Below, piece after piece: positions 9,032 to 19,926 of a stretch of DNA of 64,000 bases; position 1 is the first letter of the stretch, and the number at the start of each line of letters is the position of its first letter. The notes beneath the pieces are model-generated. The model worked only from the letters and a program-made list of their open reading frames with translations, had not been told where the DNA came from and did no database searches. The DNA is from an uncultured Gemmatimonadota bacterium (GTDB lineage Bacteria; JAAXHH01). The stretch lies in assembly GCA_951812955.1 (NCBI GenBank), contig OX638340.1, positions 384,001-448,000 on the forward strand, given 5' to 3'. A program made the position numbers and the translations under genes.

Positions 9032-11299
9032 ATGGCGTCTAAAAGAATATACGAAGTAGCCAAACAGTACAATATATCCAGCAACGCGCTCGTCCAGATG
9101 CTTCGTGACCTGGACCACACGGTGAAGAGCCATATGAGCATCATGGACGAGAAGATGGTCCTCGATGTCAATATGCGGTTCGAGCAGGAGAAACTGGCGG
9201 CGCGTAAGGAACAGGACCGCAAGAAGAAAATGGCCGCGTCGGAGACGTCCACCAAGCAGAAGGCGGTGAAGGACGCCCCGCGCGGGAGCAAGCCGAAGAC
9301 CGAAGCGGAACCGGCGGCCAAGAAGAAGGAACAGTCCTCCACGGCCAAGGTGGCAAAGGGGGATGGAGACGCCCGCGGGCGGCGACGCCGATCCAAGAAG
9401 AAGAAGGCGAAGGTCGACCAGAAGGAAGTGGAAGCCAGCGTGCGCCGGACCATCGCGCAGATGGACAGCACCCGGACCCGCCGCCGCCGCCGCAGGGGCG
9501 AAAGGGAAGAAGACGAACCCGGCGACGAAGCGCAGCCCGTCATACGGGTTCCGGAGTTTATTTCCGCTGGTGAACTGGCCGAGCACCTTTCCGTTTCACC
9601 AACGGAAATCGTCTCGAAATGCCTGCAACTCGGACTGATGATTACGATCAACCAGCGGCTGGACATGGATACCCTGATGACCGTCGCTTCCGAGTTTGGT
9701 TTCGACGTTGAGAAGCAGTCCGAATACGGTCTGGAGTATATCGAAGAAGTCGAGGAAGAAGAGGAAGATGAAGGCGCCCTGGAGCCCCGCCCCCCCGTAG
9801 TTACTATCATGGGGCACGTGGACCACGGCAAGACTTCGCTCCTCGATTACATCCGGGAAAGTAACGTGATCGCCGGAGAGGCCGGGGGCATAACCCAGCA
9901 TATCGGCGCCTACGAAGTCGAACTCGAAAGCGGGCAGATCACGTTTCTGGACACGCCGGGACACGAGGCGTTTTCCGCCATGCGCGCCCGGGGAACGCAG
10001 GTGACCGACATCGTCATACTCGTGGTGGCGGCCGACGAAGAAGTCATGCCCCAGACCATCGAGGCCATCGATCACGCCAAGGCCGCCGAAGTCCCCATCA
10101 TCATCGCGCTGAACAAGATGGATCTCGAAACGGCTCGCCCCGACCGCATCAAGGAACAGCTGAGCCAGCGCGGACTTCTCGTGGAGGACTGGGGCGGCGA
10201 CGTCATTGCCTGCGAAGTATCGGCCATATCCGGACAGGGCATGGACCACATCCTGGAAATGGTGCTGCTTCAGTCCGAGATGCTCGATTTGAAGGCGAAC
10301 CCCAACAGGCGGGCGCAGGGCGTAGTCGTGGAAGCCGAACTGGACAAGGGCCGTGGCACGCTCGCCACCGTCCTCATCCAGCAGGGCACGCTACGGGTCG
10401 GTGACCCGTTCGTGGCTGGCCAGTTCAGCGGTCGCGTCAGGGCACTGCTCAACGAAAGAGGCTCGCGGGTTGAATCGGCGGGTCCATCGGCGCCCGTTCA
10501 GATCATGGGATTCTCGGGCATGCCCCAGGTCGGCGACTCCTACGCGGTCGTTGAATCGGAGTCCCTGGCGCGGGAAATCGGTTCCCGGCGCCGCCAGATG
10601 CGCAGGGAGCACGAGTTCCGTCAGTCCAAGCCCGTTACCCTCGAAGACATTTACGACCAGATCAAGGAAGGCGAGATCCAGGAACTCCCCGTCATCGTCA
10701 AGGGCGACGTGGGAGGTTCCGTGGAGGCATTGAGCGATTCGTTGCTGCGCCTTGAGAACGACGAAGTTAAAATCAGGATCATCCATACGGGCATCGGGGC
10801 CATCAATGAATCCGACGTCCTGCTCGCTACGGCTTCGAACGCCATCATTATCGGATTTCACGTGCGGCCCAACGCCCAGGCGAGAGCCTTGGCCGAGCGC
10901 GAGAAAGTCGACATTCGTCTATATGATATCATCTACCGGGTCATTCAGGACGTTACCGATGCCCTGGAAGGCATGTTGAAACCGGATATCGAAGAAGACG
11001 TGGTGGGCGTAGTGGAAGTGAGAGAGATTTTCAAGGCGCCGCGCGTTGGAACGATCGCAGGCTGCTACGTCCAGTCCGGCAACGTGACCCGAAACGCCAA
11101 CATCCGTCTCATTCGCGACGGGATCGTAGTCTATGAGAGCACGGTCGGATCGTTGCGAAGGTTCAAAGAGGATGTTCGCGAGGTGCAGTCCGGGTTCGAA
11201 TGCGGACTGACCGTCGACGGGTTTCAGGATGTCAAGCAGGACGATACCATCGAGGTTTACGAGACGCGGGAAGTCGCAAGGCAACTCGAGACGCGTTAA
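9032..11299 (+). CDS. infB: Translation initiation factor IF-2
   Basis: 755 aa. Basic low-complexity N-terminus. GTPase motifs ([26 protein letters not shown]). C-terminal beta-barrels. Confidence 0.95.
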   Translation: MASKRIYEVAKQYNISSNALVQMLRDLDHTVKSHMSIMDEKMVLDVNMRFEQEKLAARKEQDRKKKMAASETSTKQKAVKDAPRGSKPKTEAEPAAKKKEQSSTAKVAKGDGDARGRRRRSKKKKAKVDQKEVEASVRRTIAQMDSTRTRRRRRRGEREEDEPGDEAQPVIRVPEFISAGELAEHLSVSPTEIVSKCLQLGLMITINQRLDMDTLMTVASEFGFDVEKQSEYGLEYIEEVEEEEEDEGALEPRPPVVTIMGHVDHGKTSLLDYIRESNVIAGEAGGITQHIGAYEVELESGQITFLDTPGHEAFSAMRARGTQVTDIVILVVAADEEVMPQTIEAIDHAKAAEVPIIIALNKMDLETARPDRIKEQLSQRGLLVEDWGGDVIACEVSAISGQGMDHILEMVLLQSEMLDLKANPNRRAQGVVVEAELDKGRGTLATVLIQQGTLRVGDPFVAGQFSGRVRALLNERGSRVESAGPSAPVQIMGFSGMPQVGDSYAVVESESLAREIGSRRRQMRREHEFRQSKPVTLEDIYDQIKEGEIQELPVIVKGDVGGSVEALSDSLLRLENDEVKIRIIHTGIGAINESDVLLATASNAIIIGFHVRPNAQARALAEREKVDIRLYDIIYRVIQDVTDALEGMLKPDIEEDVVGVVEVREIFKAPRVGTIAGCYVQSGNVTRNANIRLIRDGIVVYESTVGSLRRFKEDVREVQSGFECGLTVDGFQDVKQDDTIEVYETREVARQLETR

Positions 11300-11306
11300 A
11301 CAAATC

Positions 11307-11588
11307 ATGATCGTAGGGCTGTGCCGAATCGACTTGTTTCTACCCGAAAGCCGCTCGCTGAAGGCCAAGAGACAGGTGATCAAGGGACTTAAGGACCGGA
11401 TCCGAAATCGATTCAACGTGTCCGTCGCCGAAGTGGAACACCAGTCACTCTGGCAACGGGCTACCCTCGGACTCGCGATGGTTTCCGAAGAGAGAGGATA
11501 CATCGACCGGACCCTGCAGCAGGTTCTGAATCTTGTTCAGGCGGAACCCAGGCTGCTGGTACTGGATCATGCTTTCGAGTGGTACTAG
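11307..11588 (+). CDS. DUF503 protein (YlxP-like)
   Basis: MIVGLCRIDLFLPESRSLKAKRQV... is typical of DUF503 between infB and rbfA. Internal ATG at 11307 chosen. Confidence 0.7.
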   Translation: MIVGLCRIDLFLPESRSLKAKRQVIKGLKDRIRNRFNVSVAEVEHQSLWQRATLGLAMVSEERGYIDRTLQQVLNLVQAEPRLLVLDHAFEWY

Positions 11589-11597
11589 GAGCGATAA

Positions 11598-12002
11598 ATG
11601 GCCCACCGGCGAACGGAACGGGTGGCTGATCTGGTCAAACAGGAGGTCAGCCAGATCATTCAGCAAGAGATGAAGGACCCCCGTATCGGATTCGTGACGG
11701 TGACGTCCGTGGAGGTATCCGTCGACCTGAGGCACGCGCGGGTCTATTTCAGCGTACTCGGATCGCAGGCGGATCAGAAAGCGAGTCTGGAGGGACTCGA
11801 AAGGGCAACGGGATTCATCAGGTCGCAGCTCGGCCGGAGGATCAAACTGAGGCACATTCCGGAACTGCTCTTTCGATACGACGAGTCCTTCGACTACGCA
11901 CAACGCATTTCGAATGTCATGCGGAGCATTGAAACGACGGAAAACGAAACCGATCGCCAGGCGGACCAGGTTCCGGCGGACAAAGGAGACGACGAAGGTT
12001 GA
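11598..12002 (+). CDS. rbfA: Ribosome-binding factor A
   Basis: RTERVADLVKQEVSQII...DPRIGFVTVTSVEVSVDLRHARVYFSVLG is the RbfA signature. Confidence 0.9.
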   Translation: MAHRRTERVADLVKQEVSQIIQQEMKDPRIGFVTVTSVEVSVDLRHARVYFSVLGSQADQKASLEGLERATGFIRSQLGRRIKLRHIPELLFRYDESFDYAQRISNVMRSIETTENETDRQADQVPADKGDDEG

Positions 12003-12931
12003 TGCCGGTCCTTCGCTCCGTTGAGGAAGCCGCAAGCCGCTTTCCCAGGGCCGTGATAGCCGTCGGAAACTTCGACGGGGTCCACAGGGGACACGGCGCG
12101 ATTATCGAGTGTGCTATCGATCGGTCGCTGGCCTTGAGTGCACCTTGCCTGGTCGTCACTTTCGATCCGCATCCGCAACTGGTCGTCGGCAGAAAGCCGT
12201 CTTTGCCGATACTGACGCCGACGGACCAGAAACTGGAGTTACTGTCGAAATATGAGATCGATGCTGTGCTCGTTATTCCCTTCACGGGCGGGTTTGCCCG
12301 GATCGAGCCGGAAGCCTTCGTCAAAACGACGTACGTCGACGCGCTGGATATAAGGGAGATCATCGTAGGCTACAGCCATAATTTCGGTAGATACGGACGG
12401 GGAGACCGGATGTTGCTGCAGCGGCTTAGCGCGCAATACGGTTTCGGAATCCAGGTCGTAATGCCTATACAGATGGAAGGGAGCCCGGTAAACAGCAGCC
12501 ATATCCGAGCCGTCCTTTCCGCGGGAGAAATCAACGACGCCGAACTTCTGCTCGGCCACCCTTACGCGATCACGGGCAACGTGGTCCGAGGTGACGGACG
12601 GGGAAGCACGTTGCGGTTTCCCACCGCTAACCTGGAGACACACGATCCGGACGCCCTGATTCCTAAACGGGGGGTTTATGCGGTACGGGTCGGCCTGGGC
12701 GAAAGGATGCTCAACGGCGTGATGAACATCGGCGTACGGCCCACGTTCGGCCAGGACGTCGAACACTGCGAGGTACATATACTGGATTTTGAAGGGGACC
12801 TCTATAACCAGTCCATCCGGGTGGAATTCGTCGAGCGTATCCGGGACGAGAAAAGGTTCGCGACCGTCGAAGCGCTCAAAGACCAGATTTCAAAGGACGT
12901 ATATACGACGTACAACATGTTGAAAGCGTGA
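11999..12931 (+). CDS. ribF: Bifunctional riboflavin kinase / FMN adenylyltransferase
   Basis: AVGNFDGVHRGH nucleotidyltransferase motif; C-terminal kinase PTANL...GVY and HILDF motifs. ATGA overlap with rbfA. Confidence 0.9.
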   Translation: MMPVLRSVEEAASRFPRAVIAVGNFDGVHRGHGAIIECAIDRSLALSAPCLVVTFDPHPQLVVGRKPSLPILTPTDQKLELLSKYEIDAVLVIPFTGGFARIEPEAFVKTTYVDALDIREIIVGYSHNFGRYGRGDRMLLQRLSAQYGFGIQVVMPIQMEGSPVNSSHIRAVLSAGEINDAELLLGHPYAITGNVVRGDGRGSTLRFPTANLETHDPDALIPKRGVYAVRVGLGERMLNGVMNIGVRPTFGQDVEHCEVHILDFEGDLYNQSIRVEFVERIRDEKRFATVEALKDQISKDVYTTYNMLKA

Positions 12932-13004
12932 TCGAAGCAGGCGGTACCCCTTCGGTACCCGCCGGAATCCCGGTCACAGTCAATTCATTTAAGGAGATCG
13001 TTTA

Positions 13005-13274
13005 GTGAGCATAGAGAAAGAACAGAAAGAGCAGATCCTGGGCGAATTCGGCCGGCACGAGAAGGATACCGGGTCTTCCGAAGCGCAAATCGCCCTTATG
13101 TCCGCAAGGATTACCGAACTGACGGAACATTTCAAGGTCCATAAGAAGGACCATCATTCGTTGCGAGGACTACTCAAGATCGTAGGCCGCCGCCGCCGTT
13201 TGCTTTCGTACCTGCGCAGGCACGACATCGAACGGTATCGTACATTGATCAAGTCACTGGGAATACGCGGATAG
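13005..13274 (+). CDS. rpsO: 30S ribosomal protein S15
   Basis: 89 aa; [20 protein letters not shown] conserved. Confidence 0.95.
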   Translation: MSIEKEQKEQILGEFGRHEKDTGSSEAQIALMSARITELTEHFKVHKKDHHSLRGLLKIVGRRRRLLSYLRRHDIERYRTLIKSLGIRG

Positions 13275-13287
13275 GCGGCCCGGTTAA

Positions 13288-13307
13288 GGACGGCAAAAGC
13301 GCCGTCC
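13288..13307 (+). promoter_or_regulatory. Hairpin in the rpsO-pnp spacer (attenuator/processing-site type)
   Basis: GGACGGC-aaaagc-GCCGTCC, a 7-bp stem, no strong U-tract. A hairpin at the equivalent rpsO-pnp position is described in E. coli. Confidence 0.4.
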
Positions 13308-13337
13308 GTATAAGCTTCAAGGAGAAAAACCCGTATT

Positions 13338-15422
13338 ATGGCACATCGTGTAGAGCTAGAACTGGCTGGAAGAACGCTGTCTCTCGAAACCGGCAAGGTC
13401 GCCAAGCAGGCGGATTCGTCGGTCTGGGTTCAGTATGGGGAGAGCGTCATTCTCGCCAATGTCGTATCAGAGTACAAGTATGTGGAAGGCAGAGATTACC
13501 TTCCGTTGATGGTTGATTATCGTGAGCGGATGTACGCGGCGGGACGTATTCCCGGCGCAAGGCTTCGGAGAGAAGGGCCTCCGTCAGAAAAGGAAATCCT
13601 GAGCGGGCGCCAGGTCGATCACGCTATACGGCCTTTGTTTCCCAAGGATTATTTCTACGAGACGCAGGTATCCATCCTCGTGCTTTCCACGGACATGGAA
13701 AACGATCATGACGTGCTGGGCGTAATCGGCGCCGCCGCCGCCCTGCATATCTCGGACATTCCCTTCAAGGCGCCGCTGGCCGCTGTCCGCATGGGGCGTG
13801 TGGACGACGAGTTTGTGGTCAATCCGATGTATAGCGACCTGGAGGAGAGTGACCTGGATTTCGTGGTGACCGGCACGCCGGATCACATCATGTCGCTCGA
13901 AGGCAGCGCGCACGAGATCTCGGAAGAAGACCTGACAGACGCGATTTTGCTCTGTCATGAGAACATCAAGGCGATCATCGGCAAAATCGAGGAACTGCGC
14001 CAGATGACCGGTGCGCCCGAACGGCGGTCGTATGATTCGCCCAAGACGGATTCCGTGCTCACCGACAAAGTGCGCGAGATTGCCCTTCCTCTGGTGCAAG
14101 AGGGCAACCGGACCCGGGAGAAGCAGGCCCGGGGCGACTGTTTCAGCCGGGCCGCCGACCTTGCGGTCGAGCAACTGGCGGAGGAGTACCCGGACAACGA
14201 GAATATCATCCGGGACCTGGTGCGGGACGTACAGAGCACCGATATGCACGACATGATCAAGAACGAAGGCGTGCGTGTCGACGGACGGGGCATGGACGAT
14301 ATACGTCCCATCTGGTCGGAAGTCGGGGTGTTGCCCCGGACCCACGGTTCGGCGCTCTTCACCCGGGGTGAAACGCAAAGCCTGACCGTGACGACACTGG
14401 GATCCAAGATGGACGAGATGAAGCAGGACGATCTCGAAGGCGATTCCCTTAAGTCCTTCATGTTGCATTACAATTTCCCGGCGTTCAGCGTCGGTGAAGT
14501 TCGCATGGCCCGGGGACCCCGGCCGAGGGATATCGGACACGGTTCGCTGGCGGAGCACGCCATCGCGCCGGTGATCCCGTCGGAGGATGCATTCCCCTAT
14601 ACCATCCGCATCGTTTCTGAGATACTTGAATCCAACAGTTCTTCGTCCATGGCCACCGTCTGCGGCGCGACCCTGTCCCTGATGGACGCGGGCGTGCCCA
14701 TTAAAAGCGCCGTTGCCGGGGTGAATATCGGCCTGATTCCGGATGATCCCAAGCCACAGTACCTGGTGGATATCCAGGGCGTGGAGGATCACCTGGGCGG
14801 AATGGATTTCAAGGTCGCCGGCACGCGGGAAGGGATCACTTCTGTGCAGCTCGACGTCAAGGTCATGGAAGTCAACGAGGAGATCCTCCGCGAGTCCTTC
14901 GCCCGTGCGAAGAAGGCGCGGCTGTTCATCCTGGACAAGATGGCCGAGACCATTGCCGAATCACGTACGGAAATGTCCGAGTACGCGCCGCGCATCCTGA
15001 CCGTACAGGTCAAGCAGGATCAGATCGGTTCCGTGATCGGTCCCGGAGGCAAGGTGATACGCGGCATCCAGGAGGAAACGGGCGCGCAGATCAATATCGA
15101 TAACGACGGTGTAGTAACGATCGCCGCCGTCGACGCGGCTGCCGGTGAAAAGGCGAAGCAGATTATCGAAAGCATGACGGAGGAGCCCGAGATCGGGAAG
15201 GTCTACCAGGGTACGGTGAAACGTATCGTCGATTTCGGTGCCTTTGTCGAGATCCTACCGGGCAAAGACGGCCTGGTGCATATTTCGGAATGGGAGAACC
15301 ACAGGACCAATTCCATGCGGGATGTGACCAACGAAGGCGACGAGGTGACTGTCAAGATCATCAATATCGATGATCAAGGCAAAGTCAAGCTGAGTCGAAA
15401 ACAAGTGCTCGCCGCGAACTAA
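13338..15422 (+). CDS. pnp: Polyribonucleotide nucleotidyltransferase (PNPase)
   Basis: 694 aa. Two RNase PH domains, KH (GPGGKVIRGIQEETG), C-terminal S1 domain. Confidence 0.95.
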   Translation: MAHRVELELAGRTLSLETGKVAKQADSSVWVQYGESVILANVVSEYKYVEGRDYLPLMVDYRERMYAAGRIPGARLRREGPPSEKEILSGRQVDHAIRPLFPKDYFYETQVSILVLSTDMENDHDVLGVIGAAAALHISDIPFKAPLAAVRMGRVDDEFVVNPMYSDLEESDLDFVVTGTPDHIMSLEGSAHEISEEDLTDAILLCHENIKAIIGKIEELRQMTGAPERRSYDSPKTDSVLTDKVREIALPLVQEGNRTREKQARGDCFSRAADLAVEQLAEEYPDNENIIRDLVRDVQSTDMHDMIKNEGVRVDGRGMDDIRPIWSEVGVLPRTHGSALFTRGETQSLTVTTLGSKMDEMKQDDLEGDSLKSFMLHYNFPAFSVGEVRMARGPRPRDIGHGSLAEHAIAPVIPSEDAFPYTIRIVSEILESNSSSSMATVCGATLSLMDAGVPIKSAVAGVNIGLIPDDPKPQYLVDIQGVEDHLGGMDFKVAGTREGITSVQLDVKVMEVNEEILRESFARAKKARLFILDKMAETIAESRTEMSEYAPRILTVQVKQDQIGSVIGPGGKVIRGIQEETGAQINIDNDGVVTIAAVDAAAGEKAKQIIESMTEEPEIGKVYQGTVKRIVDFGAFVEILPGKDGLVHISEWENHRTNSMRDVTNEGDEVTVKIINIDDQGKVKLSRKQVLAAN

Positions 15423-15507
15423 CCTCGGCGAACGATCCGAACGTCGTCGCCATGGGTAATCGCCCATCCGGGCGCCATGGCGGCGATCTATCCTGTACGG
15501 CCCCCTC

Positions 15508-16770
15508 TTGCCAGAATCTACCGAAGGTTACAGAAAGACCGTACTCCCTAACGGCATCCGGGTGGTAACGGTGCGCATGCCGCACGTCCGGTCGGTAACG
15601 ATGGGCGTATGGGTGTGGTCCGGTACGCGGTTCGAACCTTCCGGATCCCCCGGGATCGCACACTTTCTCGAACACGCGGTATTTAAGGGTACCGAAAAGC
15701 GCAACGCATACCAGATCGCGCTGAGCATCGAGAGCCTGGGCGGATACCTCAACGCGTTCACCGGCCGGGAACTCAACTGCTACGTTGCCCGCGTGATGGA
15801 CAGTCACCTGCCCGTGGCCGTGGACGTTATCGGCGATCTGCTCCAGTCCTCGCGGTTCGATCCCCGGGAGATAGAGAAAGAAAAGACGGTGGTCATCGAG
15901 GAGATTCACGGGCTCGAAGACAATCCGGAAGACCTGGTCAACGAACTCTACGCCAACCTGGTCTGGCAGCCCCATCCTCTGAGCCGCCCGATCCTCGGCA
16001 ACACGGCCTCCGTCTCGTCCTTCACGCGGAGCGATCTGGTAGCCTATCTGGCGGACCGTTATCGCAACGACCGGATTCACATCATAGCGGCGGGTTGCGT
16101 GGATCACGACGGCCTGGTCGATCTCATACGGGACCAGTACGATTTCCCCGGTGATAGCCGGGAAGCCGGCCCGGATGACCAACCGGATTCCAACGGGGCG
16201 CGCAAGCGCGTACTGAGCAAGGACGTGTCCCAGGTGCATCTCTGTCTGGGTGGCATCGGACTGCCCTATTCCCATCCGTCGAAATACGCCCTGTTCCTAT
16301 TGAACGCCGTCCTGGGCGGAGGAATGACATCGCGGCTGTTCCAGAAAGTCCGCGAGGAGGCAGGACTGGCATATTCTATTTACTCGGATCTGGAGTTCTG
16401 CCGGGATACCGGCCAGATCTGCATCAGCGCGGGCGTGGACCCGAAGGATGCGCAGCGCACGATCGACTTGATCCGCCATGAGTGCCGGGTGCTGTGCGAG
16501 CAACCCGTTCCGGAGGATGAACTCCGCGACACGCGGTCTCAATTGGTCGGCGGCCTGTACCTCTCGCTGGAAGAAACCGGCAGCGTGATGAACCGCCTCG
16601 CCAGGGCGGAAATTTACGAAAACGCATATGCCTCGGTGGACGAGACCGTCCGGAAGCTGGAAGAAGTGACCGCTTCGGACATTTCCGATATGGCCAATAT
16701 CCTGTTCACGCCGGAAAACACGTACCTGACGGCCGTCGGGCCCGTATCCGACGGCGATATCACGCTTTGA
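15508..16770 (+). CDS. M16-family zinc peptidase (PqqL/insulinase-like)
   Basis: HFLEHAVFKGT inverted zinc motif (HxxEH). Confidence 0.85.
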   Translation: MPESTEGYRKTVLPNGIRVVTVRMPHVRSVTMGVWVWSGTRFEPSGSPGIAHFLEHAVFKGTEKRNAYQIALSIESLGGYLNAFTGRELNCYVARVMDSHLPVAVDVIGDLLQSSRFDPREIEKEKTVVIEEIHGLEDNPEDLVNELYANLVWQPHPLSRPILGNTASVSSFTRSDLVAYLADRYRNDRIHIIAAGCVDHDGLVDLIRDQYDFPGDSREAGPDDQPDSNGARKRVLSKDVSQVHLCLGGIGLPYSHPSKYALFLLNAVLGGGMTSRLFQKVREEAGLAYSIYSDLEFCRDTGQICISAGVDPKDAQRTIDLIRHECRVLCEQPVPEDELRDTRSQLVGGLYLSLEETGSVMNRLARAEIYENAYASVDETVRKLEEVTASDISDMANILFTPENTYLTAVGPVSDGDITL

Positions 16771-16777
16771 GCGGCCT

Positions 16778-17230
16778 ATGAGCACGCCCGTCGTCATACC
16801 CATTACGTCGACACGTCCCGGCCGGTCCCATCCCATGCCGCGCCGGATGACCCCCGGGTCGACCGGGTTGGATCTGTACGCCTGTGTCGACGAGCCGTTG
16901 GAAATCCCGCCGAAGCAACTCGAGCTCATCGGGACGGGATACGCCATCGCGCTGCCTCCTGGATACGAAGGACAGGTGCGTCCCCGAAGCGGGCTGGCGC
17001 TGAAACACAAGATCGGCGTGCTCAACAGTCCGGGCACGATCGATTCGGACTACCGCGGGGAAATAAAGGTGATTCTGTTCAATTTCGGCGATCAGCCATA
17101 CCGGGTTCTTGACCGGGAGCGGATCGCCCAACTCGTAATCGGCGCCGTGCCTTCCGTAGTCTTCGAAGAGGTAGAGTGCCTGGACGATACGGACCGAGGC
17201 GCGGGCGGATACGGCCACACGGGACGATAA
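16778..17230 (+). CDS. dut: dUTP diphosphatase
   Basis: GLDLYA...GVLNSPGTIDSDYRGEIKVILFNFG motifs. Confidence 0.9.
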   Translation: MSTPVVIPITSTRPGRSHPMPRRMTPGSTGLDLYACVDEPLEIPPKQLELIGTGYAIALPPGYEGQVRPRSGLALKHKIGVLNSPGTIDSDYRGEIKVILFNFGDQPYRVLDRERIAQLVIGAVPSVVFEEVECLDDTDRGAGGYGHTGR

Positions 17231-17232
17231 CC

Positions 17233-17571
17233 ATGCTGCTTCGACTGATCCTTACGACCCTGGCCATACTCCTGGTTACCAAAGTGTACGGCGGCATCCA
17301 GGTCGATTCCGTCACCACCGCGGTCATCGCGGCCGTCGTACTGGGCCTCATCAACATGATCGTGCGGCCCGTCATCGTACTCCTTACCCTGCCCATCAGC
17401 ATGCTCACCCTGGGCCTGTTTCTGCTGGTCATCAACGCCGGGATGCTTTCCCTGGCCGCGTGGCTGGTCAACGGATTCGAGGTAGGCGGTTTCTGGGATG
17501 CCCTGATCGCGTCGTTCATTATTTCGGTCGTCGTGGCCCTGTTGAACGGGTTGGTCAGGAGCAGGAGCTGA
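17233..17571 (+). CDS. DUF360 (phage holin 4-like) small membrane protein
   Basis: 112 aa with four hydrophobic segments. ATG at 17233 immediately follows the dut stop. Confidence 0.6.
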   Translation: MLLRLILTTLAILLVTKVYGGIQVDSVTTAVIAAVVLGLINMIVRPVIVLLTLPISMLTLGLFLLVINAGMLSLAAWLVNGFEVGGFWDALIASFIISVVVALLNGLVRSRS

Positions 17572-17682
17572 AATCCCGGCGGCGCGTTCTCGGAACCGGC
17601 ATGCGGCGCCTGTTCGCACGGGCGCTTCAAACGTTACGATATTAACGGTTTTTCAAACATAGTTGCATACCAGGCAGGATAC

Positions 17683-19131
17683 ATGATCCAGATCAAAGAA
17701 ATCGACCTCCGCATCCAGAACATGCGCACCCGCATGCCCTTCAAATTTGGCATATCGACCATGACGGCCGTGCCGCACCTGGTGCTTCGCATGGAACTGG
17801 AAGTGAACGGACGCACCGGCAGCGGATATTCCGCGGATCACCTGCCGCCGAAGTGGTTCACGAAGAACCCGGAGACGTCCCTCGAGGACGAAGTAGGGGA
17901 CATGATCTCCGTTATCCGCCACGCAAGCGACGCCGCGCTGGCCCTGGGACCCGCGCCCGATCTGTTCACCCTCTGGCTCGAACTCTACCAGGCCCAGAAG
18001 ATCTGGGGCAACGGGAGAGGTTTTGCGCCACTCCTGTGGGGCCTGGGAAACAGCCTGGTGGAAAGGGCCATGATCGAGGCTTTCTGCCGCATACAGGGCA
18101 CGGATTTCGGTAAAGCCGTGCGATCAAACGCCTTCGGCATTCGTTTCGATGCGTTCAATAGCCGTTTGAAGGGCCTGGCGCCCGCCGATGTGTTGCCCGG
18201 CTCCCCGATCACAGTCACCAACGTGCGCCATACCGTAGGGCTGGGAGACCCCCTGACCACGCAGGATATACCGCCGGAGGAGCTTTGCAACGACGGGCTG
18301 CCCCAGTCGCTGGACGAAGTCATCGACACCTATGGCATAACGTACTTCAAGATCAAGCTGTTCGGGGATGTAGCACGGGATATAGATCGCCTGAAGCAGA
18401 CGGCCAGTATCATCGACGGGCGATTGAACCAGTATGCGTTCACGCTGGACGGCAATGAAAACTACGGAGACATGGAAACGTTCCGGTCCTTCTGGGAATC
18501 ACTGCGGGCCGACCGTAATCTGGCAGGATTCCTCGGGCGGCTAATCTGCATCGAGCAGCCATTGCATCGCGATATAGCGCTGGATAAAGCACTCAGTGAG
18601 CATTTCGAGGCATGGCCTGACAGGCCACCATTCATTATCGACGAATCCGATGGGGACATCGGCGACCTGGAACGGGCCGTCGATATCGGTTACGCGGGTA
18701 CAAGTTACAAGAACTGTAAAGGAGTGTTCAAAGGGCTGTCCAACGCAGCTTATCTCGAGTACCTGGCAAGACAGCATCCGGACCGCCGGTACGTACTGAC
18801 GAGCGAAGACCTGTCCAACATCGGGCCGATCGCTCTTGCGCAGGACCTCGCAGTATTGGCCACATTAGGGGTTGACCACACAGAGCGGAACAGCCACCAT
18901 TACTTCAGAGGATTGACGACCTGGCCCCGCAAGATCCAGGAACAGATGCGATTATGTCATCCGGATCTGTTCAGTGTGCACGAAGAAGGTTTCACATGCA
19001 TGCACATCGAACAGGGTCGGATCAGTCTGGAGAGCGTAACGAAAAGTCCCTTCGGGGTAGGATTCGAATTCGACAGTTCAAAGCTTACCCCGCTGGATGA
19101 CTGGGAATATGCTACGCTGGATGTTGAATAA
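17683..19131 (+). CDS. Enolase-superfamily (MR/MLE-like) protein, substrate unknown
   Basis: Capping-domain pattern IKEIDLRIQNMRTRMPFKFGISTMTAVPHLVLRMELEVNGRTGSG. Barrel motifs KIKLFGD (KxK), LDGNENYG, IEQPL, IDESDG as metal ligands. Unusually long at 482 aa. Confidence 0.6.
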   Translation: MIQIKEIDLRIQNMRTRMPFKFGISTMTAVPHLVLRMELEVNGRTGSGYSADHLPPKWFTKNPETSLEDEVGDMISVIRHASDAALALGPAPDLFTLWLELYQAQKIWGNGRGFAPLLWGLGNSLVERAMIEAFCRIQGTDFGKAVRSNAFGIRFDAFNSRLKGLAPADVLPGSPITVTNVRHTVGLGDPLTTQDIPPEELCNDGLPQSLDEVIDTYGITYFKIKLFGDVARDIDRLKQTASIIDGRLNQYAFTLDGNENYGDMETFRSFWESLRADRNLAGFLGRLICIEQPLHRDIALDKALSEHFEAWPDRPPFIIDESDGDIGDLERAVDIGYAGTSYKNCKGVFKGLSNAAYLEYLARQHPDRRYVLTSEDLSNIGPIALAQDLAVLATLGVDHTERNSHHYFRGLTTWPRKIQEQMRLCHPDLFSVHEEGFTCMHIEQGRISLESVTKSPFGVGFEFDSSKLTPLDDWEYATLDVE

Positions 19132-19189
19132 CAAGCGTGTGAGTGATGTTCGACATTTTGGAATTTTCATCGCGCGGAGAATTTACACC

Positions 19190-19780
19190 GAACCGGACGT
19201 ACAAATAGAAAGTAAATTGTACGCTTTCTGGAGCAAAACATACAGACAGAGTATTCATTGTACATTTGAAGCAGACCGATGTACAAATCATATAACAATT
19301 GTACAAATATACAGAAACGCTATGAAAGCACGCGAAATGAGCCTTCGGGCAGAGATCGATAAGAAAATCCGGCCGGTCACGATGAGCTCGCGGCATCAAT
19401 TAGTACGTTTCGGAACCGAAAATCGGGATTTCGAGGGTAGTTTCGACCCACCCCCTGACCCTCCAGGGACCGGATCAGAGCACATATAGATTTACATAAT
19501 ATCTATTATGCGAAGTAGGGATTTAGAGGGGTATACGAGGGATTTTGGGTCCGGAGACTATAAATCAGCTCAGAATAGACTTTCGAGAGGTAATGTACAA
19601 AAGAAAGATTATTTGTACGAACGCGGTAAATCTGAATACAAAAGAGGTAATGTTTGTACGAATGGGTGAATAGCATGTACAGAGATAGATAGAATAGTAC
19701 AGTGATACTAGTACAAATATAAAGATGGTTGTACAAGTTTGTTGAGATATCGTACTAAGAATAGATGTATTGTACGCAGG
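19190..19780. repeat. Phased array of ~15 TTGTACAA-like palindromic motifs in an AT-rich ORF-free island
   Basis: GTAC cores at 19198, 19220, 19261, 19283, 19302, 19402, 19597, 19615, 19658, 19679, 19700, 19713, 19732, 19755 and 19773. Perfect TTGTACAA at 19298-19305 and 19728-19735. Spacings are mostly 18-23 bp or 41-43 bp. Confidence 0.7.
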
Positions 19781-19926
19781 GTTATCTTAATAAAAATCTT
19801 AATTTGTATTTTTCGTGGCATGACAAATTAAAATCGAAAGATGTAAATGAAACAAACCTCGTTTCTTCAGAATGCAACCTCCCGTTCAATCCAGCATTCC
19901 AATCACCAATTTCCAGAGTAAATTCC

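Noticed and set aside
12946-12978. Imperfect hairpin (GGCGGTACC...GGTACCCGCC) between ribF and rpsO as a terminator
   Set aside because: The stem is bulged and has no U-tract. It may be an rpsO leader structure but the evidence is insufficient.
19097-19489. 130-aa plus ORF, and 95-aa and 76-aa minus ORFs, inside the AT-rich island
   Set aside because: Translations are Tyr/Cys/Phe-rich nonsense driven by AT-rich repeats. There is no RBS or conservation signal, and the ORFs overlap the palindromic array.
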